Below, one piece after another: positions 45,736-55,658 of a stretch of 64,000 bases of DNA. Every line of letters begins with the position of its first letter. Positions within the stretch are counted from its first letter, which is position 1. Made by a program: the position numbers and the translations under genes. The stretch is from Acidobacteriota bacterium. GTDB taxonomy: Bacteria; Acidobacteriota; UBA6911; JACQSX01. The DNA lies in the NCBI GenBank assembly GCA_036507075.1, contig DASXQR010000010.1:26485-90484 (forward strand), written 5' to 3'. The notes below the pieces were generated by a model. It was given only the letters and a program-made list of their open reading frames with translations. It did not search any database and was not told the origin of the DNA.

Positions 45736-47292
45736 ATGAACTCAAACTTTTCAACTATCGCCACGCGCCTTTCAGGCAAACGCGGCATCTGGCCGGTGCT
45801 GGTACTTCTTGCCATCCTGCACAGCACAGTGCCGCTGGCGCCGCAAAGCTTCGATGCCCGCTCCATCGATGACATGGTTCAAGACGGGCTCAGGATTTGG
45901 GAGGTGCCGGGCGCTTCACTGGCGATCGTCCGGGATGACAGGCTGATTCACTTAAAAGGATACGGCGTCAAGCGGCTGGGTACCGCCGACCCGGTCACCA
46001 CGGAAACCTTATTTGCGATTGCGTCCACAACCAAAGCCTTTACAACAACCGCTATGGCGATGCTTGTCGATGAACGCAAGATGGAATGGGACGAGCCGGT
46101 TCGCAAACACCTCGAGTATTTTCATTTGTCCGATCCGCTGGCCGATCAAAATGTGACATCGCGTGATTTGGTTACTCATCGCACCGGCTTGAGCCGTAAC
46201 GATGCGCTCTGGGACCGGTCTCCCTGGTCGCGCGAGGAAATCATTCGGCGGATTGCTTTCGTCAAACCGGCGCGACCGTTCCGCACGACCTATCAATATA
46301 ACAACATCATGTTTGTCGCCGCCGGGGAAGCAGTGGGAAAAGCTGCGGGCATGACCTGGGACAATTTTGTACGCCGCCGGATTTTCATTCCACTGGGAAT
46401 GAGCAGTGCCAATTTCAGCGTTTCGGTCGCGGAAAAAGCCGCCGATCATGCCACGCCCCATCGAAAGAACAAACAGGGCAGGATCGAAGTTACGTCCTGG
46501 CACAACGTGGACAATATCGGCGGGGCGGGCTGCATCAATGCCGGCGCCAGAGATATGAGCCAGTGGCTCCGCTTTCAGCTTTCAGACGGAGTTTTCAACG
46601 GAAAGCGCCTGGTATCGAGCGAGAACCTTGCAGAAAGCCACACTCCTCAAATTGTGATCCGTATGGACACACCCACTCGTGCACTTAATCCTTACACTAC
46701 GCAGATGAGTTATGGCATGGGATGGATCGTTCACGATTACCACGGACGTCGGTTGCTTTCGCATACGGGGGGATTGAATGGCTTTCGGGCTCGCATCGTG
46801 CTCGTTCCGGATGAAAAACTGGGAATCGTGATCCTGACAAATTCCAGTGTCGGGACCAGTAGCGCTTCCATGCATGTCGCGGTCACAAACAACCTGCTCG
46901 ATCTGCTGCTGGGCTTCACCCGGACGGACTGGAACGTCCTGCTGATGCAGCAGGCCGGCAAGTTTCTTTCAGAAGAGCGGGCCAGGATTGAAGAAAGGCA
47001 GGAGAAAAGACAGAAGGACACCCGGCCGTCTCACCCGCTTGCCGATTATGCGGGAAGCTACGAAGAACCTGCCTACGGCAAAGCGACCATCAAGATGCAG
47101 AATGGAAACCTTGAGCTGCATTGGAGCAGTTTTACGACACGACTGGAACATTTCCACTACGATACGTTCGTGGCTGCCGAGACAGATGAACTTCAGGACG
47201 AGCAGGTGCAGTTTGGTTTGGACATGAGCGGAGAGGTTGCCCGGATTAATTTTCTGGGAATGGATTTTGCCAGGATTAAAGCAAAGCAGTAG
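45736..47292 (+). CDS. Serine hydrolase of the beta-lactamase/transpeptidase-like superfamily (class-C-like) with C-terminal DUF3471-like domain
   Basis: Signal peptide. ..FAIASTTKAFTTTAM.. is the SxxK active site. ..YQYNNIM.. (Y-x-N) and ..HTGG.. (KTG-like) are present. Start trimmed to MNSNFS (RBS GGGAG). Confidence 0.85.
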   Translation: MNSNFSTIATRLSGKRGIWPVLVLLAILHSTVPLAPQSFDARSIDDMVQDGLRIWEVPGASLAIVRDDRLIHLKGYGVKRLGTADPVTTETLFAIASTTKAFTTTAMAMLVDERKMEWDEPVRKHLEYFHLSDPLADQNVTSRDLVTHRTGLSRNDALWDRSPWSREEIIRRIAFVKPARPFRTTYQYNNIMFVAAGEAVGKAAGMTWDNFVRRRIFIPLGMSSANFSVSVAEKAADHATPHRKNKQGRIEVTSWHNVDNIGGAGCINAGARDMSQWLRFQLSDGVFNGKRLVSSENLAESHTPQIVIRMDTPTRALNPYTTQMSYGMGWIVHDYHGRRLLSHTGGLNGFRARIVLVPDEKLGIVILTNSSVGTSSASMHVAVTNNLLDLLLGFTRTDWNVLLMQQAGKFLSEERARIEERQEKRQKDTRPSHPLADYAGSYEEPAYGKATIKMQNGNLELHWSSFTTRLEHFHYDTFVAAETDELQDEQVQFGLDMSGEVARINFLGMDFARIKAKQ

Positions 47293-47534
47293 TGGCATAC
47301 GCCTGGGAGGACTCGGTGTGAAACTTTCGGGCTGACCACTGTAAGCTAAAAGAAAACATCCGATCACGTCAACGTCGACGTTTATCGTCTACGGCCACGT
47401 GCACGTCAATGTCCACGGAACACGTCCAAGCTGATTGACAGATTACGAGCTTAATCATTTTGGCAACATGGACATGATGCGTTGTCTTGTGGCACACCTG
47501 ACCGGCTGGCAGGCAAACTCGCGATTTTTTCTTC

Positions 47535-47635
47535 GTGACCGTTGACGTAGTCGTTAACGCGCACGTGCACGTGGCCGTCCTCGGCTTTTTCTTTGGTTGC
47601 AACCTACAGCCCGGGCTGTGCCTCTATTGGAAAGC
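47535..47635. repeat. Dispersed palindromic repeat family B copy, preceded (47380-47530) by ACGT-rich degenerate direct repeats
   Basis: ..GTTGACGTAGTCGTTAACGCGCACGTGCACGTGGCCGTCCTCGGCTTTTTCTTTGGTTGCAACCTACAGCCCGGGCTGTGCCTC.. is ~90% identical to 15660-15750. Confidence 0.6.
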
Positions 47636-47687
47636 CTTTTCTTGGGTAGCACCAAACTGGATCACTACACGGACCAGGACCAGACCC

Positions 47688-48491
47688 TTACTTCCCGAGC
47701 CGCTTTGACAATATCCAGGGAATCAAGCGTGACTCTGCGTAGGCCCGATCCCAGGAATTATGACCCACTCTTTCATACTCGGTGTAGGTGACCTCTCCGC
47801 CGGCGTCCTTCAAAGCCTGGGCCATCCTGCGGGATTCGGAAACTGGAACAGTGTTGTCCGCGCCGCCGTGAAAGATCCACACCGGTGTTTTACCGACCTT
47901 TTGCGCGACCAGTTTGTAGGGGTTGGGCGCTTCAGAGAGCCGAACGCTCTCCCGGTTCAGCTTCAGGGTTGTCAGGGTTGATGGAAGGCGAACCCCTCCG
48001 CAGACTGGTGCAAGCGCAGCAAAACGACCGGGATAGTCTGCAGCAATGCCCCACGTCCCGTAACCACCCATTGAAATCCCGGTCAGGTAGGTGCGTTGTG
48101 GATCGCCTTTGAATTCCTTGATCGCCTGTGCGAGAGCCTTTAACGCCATCGCCTCCATTTGGGGGTCGGTCCACCAGAGCCCTGTTCGGCACTGCGGAAA
48201 AACCACCACACAGGGAAATCGCCCCGTATACCTGCGGACAGCGGTACCGATGCCCACTTCCGTTTGAATGATGCCGTCGTCTCCGCGCTCTCCGGCTGCG
48301 TGCAGGAAGAGAATCACGGGCCAGCGCTGACGCTTGTTCCAATTGGAAGGGACGTAAACCTGGTATTTGAAGACCTTTTTTTCAATGGTGATCGTGCGGT
48401 TCAGAAAACCGGTTTCCTGCCGGGCGCCAAAAGTTGGGAACTGGGGCATGGTTGCCAAGATCAGCAGCGAGACTATCCCTAAACTAAACAT
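47688..48491 (-). CDS. Secreted esterase / alpha/beta hydrolase (phospholipase/carboxylesterase / PHB-depolymerase-like)
   Basis: Signal peptide MFSLGIVSLLILA. ..YLTGISMGGYGTW.. is a GxSxG elbow. ..IFHGGADNTVP.. and ..GHNSW.. are catalytic D/H motifs. The GGAGGA RBS is 7 nt upstream. Only the last 267 codons of the 671-codon ORF are coding-like. Confidence 0.8.
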   Translation of the reverse strand: MFSLGIVSLLILATMPQFPTFGARQETGFLNRTITIEKKVFKYQVYVPSNWNKRQRWPVILFLHAAGERGDDGIIQTEVGIGTAVRRYTGRFPCVVVFPQCRTGLWWTDPQMEAMALKALAQAIKEFKGDPQRTYLTGISMGGYGTWGIAADYPGRFAALAPVCGGVRLPSTLTTLKLNRESVRLSEAPNPYKLVAQKVGKTPVWIFHGGADNTVPVSESRRMAQALKDAGGEVTYTEYERVGHNSWDRAYAESRLIPWILSKRLGK

Positions 48492-48575
48492 GCAGCATTC
48501 CTCCGAAAGCCGTCCAGGAAATGCTATATTTTCACATCTGCGTCCCCTTTCCGATGCAAAAGTTGCGGAGGTCCC

Positions 48576-50303
48576 ATGACAGTTAAGAACAAACCCGGAA
48601 TAATCTTTTGTGCAGTGACGCTCTTTGCCGTTGCGGCCGCCATCGGTTTCTTGCTGCCAGTCGGATCCGCGGCGGCCGGGGAGGCGTCGCTGGGCAAGAT
48701 CGATTTTCCCACATCCGGCTCGCCTGAAGCTCAGGCGCACTTCCTGCGAGGCGTGGCCGCTCTTCATTCCTTCTGGTTTGAGGAAGCGCTGGAAGAGTTT
48801 CAGAAAGCCACGCAAGTCCAGCCTGATTTCATGATGGGGTACTGGGGCGAGGCAATGGCCCACAACCATCCACTTTGGGCCGAACAGGATACCGAAGCTG
48901 CACGCAAGGTTGTGCAGAAAATCCGGGACAATGAAAAGTTGACGGCCAAAGAGCGCGCTTATCTGGGCGCAGTGAAGGCGCTCTACGGAGAAGGGGACAA
49001 ACTGACGCGCGACAAGGCGTACTCGGCAGCGATGGAGAAGATGTATCGTGACCATCCCGACGACCTGGAAGTAGCCACTTTCTACGCGCTTTCTCTGCTG
49101 GGAACAGTCCGTCCCGACGACAAGGGTTTCCGCCGCCAGATGCAGGCGGGCGCCATTGCAATGGACGTGTCTGCAAAGAATCCAAACCATCCCGGGGCGG
49201 CGCATTTCATCATCCATTCCTTTGATGATCCCGAGCACGCGATTCTGGCGCTTCCGGCGGCGCGTCGCTATGCTCAGATCGCGCCCGAGGCGCATCATGC
49301 GCGCCATATGCCCGCGCATATTTTCCTTCAGCTCGGAATGTGGCCGGACGCGGCTGCTTCCAACGAGTCGGCCTGGTCGGCGTCCGACGCGTGGGTCAAG
49401 AGCAAGTCCCTTCCGCTCATCCGGCGGGATTATCACAGCCTTCACTGGCTGACCTATGTTTACCTGCAGCAGGGCCGCTACGCCAAAGCCGACCAGCTTC
49501 TGAACCTGATGCGAAAAACCATGACCGAATCGACCGATGATTCCAAGTTTCGGCCTAATTACTACGCCAACAACTTCGCCGACATGGCATCCATTTTCGT
49601 GGTGGAAACGGAGAAGTGGAACCTGGCCGAGACGATCTTCCAGTCCGCGAACAAGGCCTCCGAACCTGAAGCCGCCGGCGCTTCCGGCGGGCATGCCGGC
49701 CACGGCGGGAATCCAACCGACGCGACGGCCGCAGTGACGCGGCGATCCAACGCCAGCCAGGTGCTGCCCGTTTTTGTGCGCGGCCTGGCGGCGGCCAGAA
49801 CCTCGCCCGCGCAGGCGGAAAAGGCGATCGCGGAATTGAAGTCGTTAATGGCAAAAGGCAGCAGCGCGGACAACGCGAGCAATCGGAATGCCGGCGTGGG
49901 GGAGATCAGAGTGCTGGAAGTGGGCGCGCTGGCCAGTGCCTACAACGGGGATTATGCGGCGGCGATTGAAGCGATGAAAAAAGCAACCGCGCTGGAAGAA
50001 AGTTTGTCGCCCCCTTCAGGACCGCCACCGCTGATCAAGCCGTCACATGAACTCTTCGGTGAAATCCTGCTGCGCGCGGGGCAGCCAAAGGAAGCTTCCA
50101 GGCAGTTTGCCGTTTCCCTTCTCCGCCAGCCCAATCGCGCGCGGTCGCTGCTCGGAGCGGCGCGCGCCGCAGCCATGGCCGACGACCGGCCGGCGGCCGC
50201 CGGCGCTTACTCCAGTTTCCTGGCTAACTGGAAGCAGGCCGATGCCGGCTTGCCGGAGATTGCCGAGGCGCGTAATTACGTGGCCCAGGCCAACAGGCCG
50301 TGA
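48576..50303 (+). CDS. Secreted TPR-like repeat protein, function unknown
   Basis: Signal peptide/TM anchor. Alpha-helical repeat composition throughout. Coding-like, with good RBS (GGAGG). Confidence 0.65.
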   Translation: MTVKNKPGIIFCAVTLFAVAAAIGFLLPVGSAAAGEASLGKIDFPTSGSPEAQAHFLRGVAALHSFWFEEALEEFQKATQVQPDFMMGYWGEAMAHNHPLWAEQDTEAARKVVQKIRDNEKLTAKERAYLGAVKALYGEGDKLTRDKAYSAAMEKMYRDHPDDLEVATFYALSLLGTVRPDDKGFRRQMQAGAIAMDVSAKNPNHPGAAHFIIHSFDDPEHAILALPAARRYAQIAPEAHHARHMPAHIFLQLGMWPDAAASNESAWSASDAWVKSKSLPLIRRDYHSLHWLTYVYLQQGRYAKADQLLNLMRKTMTESTDDSKFRPNYYANNFADMASIFVVETEKWNLAETIFQSANKASEPEAAGASGGHAGHGGNPTDATAAVTRRSNASQVLPVFVRGLAAARTSPAQAEKAIAELKSLMAKGSSADNASNRNAGVGEIRVLEVGALASAYNGDYAAAIEAMKKATALEESLSPPSGPPPLIKPSHELFGEILLRAGQPKEASRQFAVSLLRQPNRARSLLGAARAAAMADDRPAAAGAYSSFLANWKQADAGLPEIAEARNYVAQANRP

Positions 50304-50452
50304 CGAATGGGGAATGCGGAATGCGGAATGGGGAATGCGGAATGTGGAATGAGGAATGAGGAATGAGAAGTGGTTTGCTCCAAGTTGTGAAGAGATAACT
50401 TGAAGTTATTCCGTATTCCGCATTCCCAATTCCGCATTTCGCATCCCCATTT
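50304..50452. repeat. Inverted microsatellite: (GAATGSG)n x ~9, loop, (CSCATTC)n
   Basis: GAATGGGGAATGCGGAATGCGGAATGGGGAATGCGGAATGTGGAATGAGGAATGAGGAATGAG ... TTCCGTATTCCGCATTCCCAATTCCGCATTTCGCATCCCCATT. The halves are reverse complements. Confidence 0.85.
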
Positions 50453-50455
50453 GAT

Positions 50456-50746
50456 TCACCCCAGGTAGTCGAGCCTTTTGATCTCTTCTGCCAGCGGTTT
50501 TACGATCTCCTCAACGAAGCGCAGGTGGTCGGGATGGACTCGATACCGGTCCAGCGCCGCTTCATCCTCAAAGTACATCACCAGCGCGCACTGGTAAGGA
50601 TCGTCTTTGTAGATGGAAACCCCCGCCGTCAGGTTTCTCACACCCGGCACTGCAGGCAAGCGCGTGCGAGCCTGGCGCAACAGATTCTCTCGCTGGGACG
50701 CCGTGGTCGATGACTTCAATTTATACAGTACGATGTGGGTCAGCAT
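50456..50746 (-). CDS. Dabb-family stress-responsive protein (dimeric alpha/beta barrel)
   Basis: MLTHIVLYKLK...L..VPGV......YDCALVMYFEDEAALDRYRVHPDH..FV is the typical Dabb pattern. Confidence 0.75.
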   Translation of the reverse strand: MLTHIVLYKLKSSTTASQRENLLRQARTRLPAVPGVRNLTAGVSIYKDDPYQCALVMYFEDEAALDRYRVHPDHLRFVEEIVKPLAEEIKRLDYLG

Positions 50747-50756
50747 TTGTCCGTGT

Positions 50757-51045
50757 CCGTGGTCGGTTGTCAGTTGTTACAGGTTTTCCGGTTGCGGGTT
50801 TTCGGGTTACGAGTTTTCACGTAGGGCGCGTTCGATGGTTACGTGATGTTTGTGGGTTTCAAATCCTGCCAAAGCATCGAATCTGACATCTTTGGATCCG
50901 CCATTTTCAATCGAACCGAATCCGCAACCGGTGACCCGAAAACCCGTAACCTGAACACTCGTAACTCGAAATCTCGTAACCCGAAAACCCGCAACTCGAA
51001 AACCCGCAACCCGAAAACCTGTAACAACTGACCACGGACAACGGA
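50757..51045. repeat. Inverted microsatellite related to 22230-22722: (GGTTTTCGG/GGGTTACGA)n, unique ~130-bp loop, (CGAAAACCCGYAAC)n, flanked by GTTGTCCGTGG-family motifs
   Basis: The repeat arms are reverse complements. The flanks (CCGTGGTCGGTTGTCAGTTGTTACAG / CTGTAACAACTGACCACGGACAACGGAC) are also inverted copies. Confidence 0.85.
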
Positions 51046-52839
51046 CTACTTAGGAATCATCCAGGGGAAAACGTAGGCCTGCAGCAGCACAATCAATCCC
51101 ATGATGCAGGCCAGGGCGACTGAGTGCCAGAATACAAAACGCAGGATTGCTCCCTCATGACCGCTCTGGTTGGTAGCCGCCGTGCTCACCACGATACTTT
51201 GCGCGTCCACCATCTTGCCCATTACCCCGCCGGTGCTGTTGGCGACAGTGATCAGGACCGGATCCAGAGAAAGCTGCTGGGCCGTGATCTTCTGCAGGCT
51301 TCCGAACAGAACGTTGCTGGAGGTATCCGAGCCGGTCAGCGCCACGCCCAGCCATCCGAGCAGCGCGGCAAAAAACGGGTACGCCACTCCGGTGTGAGTG
51401 AATGCCAGACCCAGCGTCGCATCCGTCCCGCTGTAGCGCGTGACATACCCGAGCGCCAGCATGCAGGCGATGGTCAGCAGCGGCCACTTCATGCGGACCA
51501 GCGTTCTTCCGGCCACGCGCGCCAGAATGCGCAGCCGGATTCTCAAATATAGGGCGGTGGCCAACGCAGCCACGAGAATTCCCGTGCCTGAGGCGCTCAG
51601 CCAATTGAAGCTGTACACGGCAGCTTCGGCGTTTTTCTGGCGATAAGGGCCGCTTCCGATTTGACCTCGATCAATCTGAACCGGAACTACGGGAAAGTCC
51701 CGGTACACCATTTTATGCAGCAGCGGCACCTGGATCTGCGGACTGAGCGCCGGGTTCGGCGGACTTGGTTTTCCGGTGGCGCGATAAGCGCGCAAACTGG
51801 CCGGACCGCCATTCAGAAAGGCCTTCACCGGAGGCAGGCCCCAGCAGAAGACGAAAACGCTCAGAAACACCCAGGGCATCCACGCTTTTACAACCTGCCC
51901 CCGCGAATAGGTTGCCGTCTCAGAGGATCGGCTCGCCGGCATCGCCCGGGCCGGAACCGGGACATTCGGCGCCGCTGCATTTGCGTCCGGCATCTTATTA
52001 AGATTCTCCGGAAATTCCCAATTGTCTTTTGGCTTCCACCAGGCTGCAAATCCCGCCGTGATAAAGAGACTCACCAGCCCCCCCAGGATGTCCACCAGCT
52101 CCGGACCAACGTAATTACTCCAGAAAAACTGAACCACAGCGAAGCTTCCACCGCTGACAAGCACCACCGGCCAGACGCCCTTGAAGCCTTTCCAACCGCT
52201 CATGGTCACGACCAGCCAGATCGTCACCAGCAAAGAAACAAACGGCAACTGCCGGCCTGCCATCTGTCCCAGAATGAAGGGGTCCTGCTGGGTCACGGCG
52301 GCCAGCGTGAGAATTGGAGTTCCGAGGGCGCCAAACGCCACGGGCGCCGTGTTGGCGATCAGGCAAAGACCGGCGGCATAGAGCGGCGGGAATCCCAGGC
52401 CCATCAACAGCGCCGCGCAAATGGCAACAGGTGTTCCAAAGCCGGCGGCGCCTTCGATAAACGCGCCAAAGCTGTAGCCGATCAGCAGCGCCTGCACGCG
52501 GCGATCCGCCGACAGCGATGCCACCGAATGCTTGATGATTTCAAACTGGCCGGTTTCCACCGTCAGGTTGTACAGGAAGACGGCCGTGATAATGATCCAG
52601 CCGATCGGAACCAGGCCAAATGCCGCTCCATAACCGGCCGAGGCCAAAGCCGTGGCAGCAGGCATTCGATAGAACACAATCGCGATCAGCAATGCAGCAG
52701 CCAGGCCACTCATCGCCGCCCACTGCGCCGGCACTTCAAAAGCAGCGAGCAGGACGAGCAAAACCACGATTGGCAGCGCCGCCAGCAGCGTGGAAATTAC
52801 AGCGTTACCTGCCGGATTATAAATCTGGATCCATTCCAT
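51046..52839 (-). CDS. lctP: L-lactate/glycolate permease (LctP family)
   Basis: MEWIQIYNPAGNAVISTLLAALPIVVLL.. / ..GYSFGAFIEGAAGFGTPVAICAALLMGLGF.. are hallmark LctP motifs. ~14 TM helices. Confidence 0.92.
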   Translation of the reverse strand: MEWIQIYNPAGNAVISTLLAALPIVVLLVLLAAFEVPAQWAAMSGLAAALLIAIVFYRMPAATALASAGYGAAFGLVPIGWIIITAVFLYNLTVETGQFEIIKHSVASLSADRRVQALLIGYSFGAFIEGAAGFGTPVAICAALLMGLGFPPLYAAGLCLIANTAPVAFGALGTPILTLAAVTQQDPFILGQMAGRQLPFVSLLVTIWLVVTMSGWKGFKGVWPVVLVSGGSFAVVQFFWSNYVGPELVDILGGLVSLFITAGFAAWWKPKDNWEFPENLNKMPDANAAAPNVPVPARAMPASRSSETATYSRGQVVKAWMPWVFLSVFVFCWGLPPVKAFLNGGPASLRAYRATGKPSPPNPALSPQIQVPLLHKMVYRDFPVVPVQIDRGQIGSGPYRQKNAEAAVYSFNWLSASGTGILVAALATALYLRIRLRILARVAGRTLVRMKWPLLTIACMLALGYVTRYSGTDATLGLAFTHTGVAYPFFAALLGWLGVALTGSDTSSNVLFGSLQKITAQQLSLDPVLITVANSTGGVMGKMVDAQSIVVSTAATNQSGHEGAILRFVFWHSVALACIMGLIVLLQAYVFPWMIPK

Positions 52840-53049
52840 CGTATTCGAAGGGGAACGAAGCCGGACTATACCAGTGGAATTTCGAATTCAAAATTGAAAA
52901 ATTATCAAAGTTAAAGTTTCGTACTTTGGTGGTCAAAGAATTTGAAACCGGCTGAGAGCGATAGGGTAGGGAGAGCCGCTAGGCTCCCCCACCCCTTCGA
53001 ACCGGACGAGCGGATTTCCCGCATCCGACTCTCCAGTTGATAGGTCACC

Positions 53050-54186
53050 TCATAGAGGATTGACAGGCTGCGTGATGGGCTGCTTCCAGCGAAAGCAGTC
53101 CTTCAGCAGCAAAGAAAGCGTTGGTCCAGCGTTGATGATCCTGCCAGCCGCGTGAAACTCCTTTCCTGCCACTCCAAGCCCATTACGGCCCCTTCCTAGC
53201 TCGTTCGGAAGTGTAAACATTCTGACTCCCCCGCCTATTAGTGGGTCATTAGGATTCAAAAAAGTTCCGCTTGCCACTGTTTCTGGGGGTGACCAATGAA
53301 CTCCGTGATCCAGGGATGTGGCCATTCTAATGGAATTGGTAGTGAAATCAGTCCACAAAAGATAGACATCACCGGTTGTTGAATTTACGACAATATCAGG
53401 GCCTTGAACCCAGCCAGTCGTTGCGGTATATGAGCCGAGAAAGCTGTTTCCACCATCTAAACTAACTGCCACGAACAGTGTGTTTTGGTTTGCATCCAGG
53501 TTATCAACTCGGTTCCACGTGACATAAACATACCCGAGACTCCCTGGATCCCAAGAGACAGCGCAGAACGGCTTGTCTAAAACGTAGCGGTTGCTTCCAT
53601 TGGATACGATAACAGAAGCCGAAAGCCATGAAACTCCTCCGTCATCCGATCGCCAAAGCACGATCGCGTTAGGTGGGTCGTGAGCCGGACCATTACTGAC
53701 AAGCCCAGAGCAATACATCCGAAGTGGCGCTATGCCTGTTGTGTATGGATTGATATCCAGCCAAGGATCCGCTGACACCCAGTAGAATGGAGGCATTTGA
53801 AGCTGACCGCGGCTGAAATTCAGAAAGTCGGTCGTAGTCGAGTACCACACGGTCGGGATACCTTGCGCGTCATACTTAATGTGGCTCACGGTTGTGAAGT
53901 CAATTGAATTACGTCTCAAAGAGCAAATCGATGGTTCGACATCTTGAAGACTGTCCGATGTAGCGTTAATCGTATAGAGTGACGACGTTGACGGAGTCGT
54001 TGGGCCCCGAGGTTGTACTGATGTCGGTGGAAATTGTGGCGACCGTCCCAAGGCTCTAAGAGTGATGAAGTAAAGTGTCCCGCTGAGGGTATTCAGGCTC
54101 TTCTCGCTTATTTGAAAAGCCTGGCCATGGATACCTAGAATTAGTATGATTATTGACAATAAAATAAGAATAGGAAGTCTTTTCAT
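53050..54186 (-). CDS. Secreted BNR/Asp-box repeat protein (sialidase/glycosyl-hydrolase-like beta-propeller), low-GC island
   Basis: Signal peptide. Asp-box-like motifs SDDGGVSW, SLDGGNSF and SLDHGVHW (S-x-D-x-G-x-T/S-W/F). GC ~45%. Confidence 0.6.
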   Translation of the reverse strand: MKRLPILILLSIIILILGIHGQAFQISEKSLNTLSGTLYFITLRALGRSPQFPPTSVQPRGPTTPSTSSLYTINATSDSLQDVEPSICSLRRNSIDFTTVSHIKYDAQGIPTVWYSTTTDFLNFSRGQLQMPPFYWVSADPWLDINPYTTGIAPLRMYCSGLVSNGPAHDPPNAIVLWRSDDGGVSWLSASVIVSNGSNRYVLDKPFCAVSWDPGSLGYVYVTWNRVDNLDANQNTLFVAVSLDGGNSFLGSYTATTGWVQGPDIVVNSTTGDVYLLWTDFTTNSIRMATSLDHGVHWSPPETVASGTFLNPNDPLIGGGVRMFTLPNELGRGRNGLGVAGKEFHAAGRIINAGPTLSLLLKDCFRWKQPITQPVNPL

Positions 54187-54225
54187 AAGAGCTCTCCAAG
54201 ATTCAGAATATTAGAACCTATAGCC

Positions 54226-55056
54226 TTACTGGCTAATTAAACCAGAATTGGCCTCCTGAAAATGTTCTCCAGCACTGCTGGTCGAAACGTCAACCGCGGT
54301 AACTCCGATATCGCGGTTGGCACGTATTTCGAGCGTCCCTCCAAAGAACAATGTCACTTGGGGGAATAAGTCAGTTAGAGTCTTAAGCGTGTTGCCACCC
54401 GCCGGAATGGATACCGCTGCTTGACCTACCTGATTACCAGATCCGTCTCGAAGAACCAAAATTACGTCTGCCTGACCGTCAGAGCCCAGGGGAAGCGCAA
54501 GCCCAATGCCCAGACTCTCGAAGATATTTGGGTCAGCTTGCTGGCCGAGAGGCACGAATCTAGCATCCATAAAAAACCGCTTGCCTAGACTGCCTGGCCG
54601 TAAGAGCAATCGAGCACTTACGATAATAGAGGGAGGATTAAAAAGAGTATCGGAGCTATGAGTGATTTCTTCTTGGACAATGACTGGCACATTCGAGGTT
54701 ACGAGCATGCACCCCGCAATGATAGAGTCTCGAAAGTCAAAGTCTATGTTGCGCCTAAATGAGAACGGAGCAATCTGGAAGGTCGTTACGAACACAGGAA
54801 GTGGTTTGATTTCCTTCCCTAACGGATCAAGAATCATAAAAGAAATCGTCGCCGTCGATGAGTTTGGGTTAACTACATTAAAATACGAGTGATAGGCATC
54901 ATAAACAGAGAAAGCGGGATTGCTTGGATTCCGCGCTATTGAGACACGTACATAAAGTGGAAAGAAGGCTGTGGTGGCTGCCCCTGATTGAGCCATCATC
55001 AGACTAGGGCAAAGGCTTAGGATTCCGAGTAGGCAAAATACTGGCTTCATGGTCAA
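54226..55056 (-). CDS. Hypothetical secreted protein (low-GC island)
   Basis: Signal peptide (MTMKPVFCLLGILSLCPSLMMAQS). Protein-like composition, no recognisable motifs. Confidence 0.45.
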   Translation of the reverse strand: MTMKPVFCLLGILSLCPSLMMAQSGAATTAFFPLYVRVSIARNPSNPAFSVYDAYHSYFNVVNPNSSTATISFMILDPLGKEIKPLPVFVTTFQIAPFSFRRNIDFDFRDSIIAGCMLVTSNVPVIVQEEITHSSDTLFNPPSIIVSARLLLRPGSLGKRFFMDARFVPLGQQADPNIFESLGIGLALPLGSDGQADVILVLRDGSGNQVGQAAVSIPAGGNTLKTLTDLFPQVTLFFGGTLEIRANRDIGVTAVDVSTSSAGEHFQEANSGLISQ

Positions 55057-55129
55057 GGTCTCCTTTTGACCTTTAGATTGGTCTTTGAGTGGTGGGCATG
55101 CCGGTAACGCAAATGAGGAAGGTCACCTG

Positions 55130-55228
55130 CACCAAAATACCGGCAGATATGTCTTGATAACATCCAGACCTGCAAAAGCTCGGCGGATGATATATACTAA
55201 GGATGCCGCGGCATTAAAAATGTCTAAA
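55130..55228. repeat. Direct repeat copy 1 (~100 bp, ..CCAAAATACCGGCAGATATGTCTTGATAACATCCAGAC..TAAGGATGCCGCGGCATTAAAAATGTCT..)
   Basis: ~80% identical to 55659-55760. Together they flank a ~430-bp segment carrying the lctP 5' fragment. Confidence 0.55.
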
Positions 55229-55519
55229 GAAAACTTTATCTTAGATCCTACGTGGGCCCCCCCACGACCCAGCGGAAGGCCTCCAAACGGCCTCGCCCTA
55301 ATATTTAAGTAGCATGATTTCTGTTCCTAAACCATGTCAACTCTCTTTTTTGTGAAAATCATTAAAATTGGCCACGGCCTGCCCAAAACAGTACCGAACT
55401 GATTAGATATCTAGATCGTAGAACCTCATGATGGCATAGCTTTGGGGACAGTATTTGGGGTCAAGGGGTTCCAGCCTGAATCTACGTTGACCGAGTGCCG
55501 ACGGCCGGAAACGGTGCTT

Positions 55520-55640
55520 CTCACGACCATGTTCACCAGCAGCGTGGAAATTACGGCGTTACCTGCAAAATTGTAGATTTGAACCCACTCCATGGTGAGC
55601 GAAGGGAAACGAAGTCGGACAAAAGAATTGGAACCAGCGC
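55520..55640 (-). pseudogene. Diverged duplicate of the lctP 5' end (first ~19 codons MEWVQIYNFAGNAVISTLL plus ~40 bp of leader)
   Basis: ~80% nucleotide identity to 52780-52880 over ~100 bp. The reading frame is preserved for 19 codons, then unrelated sequence follows. Confidence 0.6.
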
Positions 55641-55658
55641 ATCCAGCGGTAGGATCTG

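Noticed and set aside
47688-49703. 671-codon minus-strand ORF
   Set aside because: Only the last 267 codons (from MFSLGIVSLL, preceded by a GGAGGA RBS) look like protein, an esterase. The upstream 400 codons are GC-rich read-through that overlaps the well-supported plus-strand TPR gene 48576-50303.
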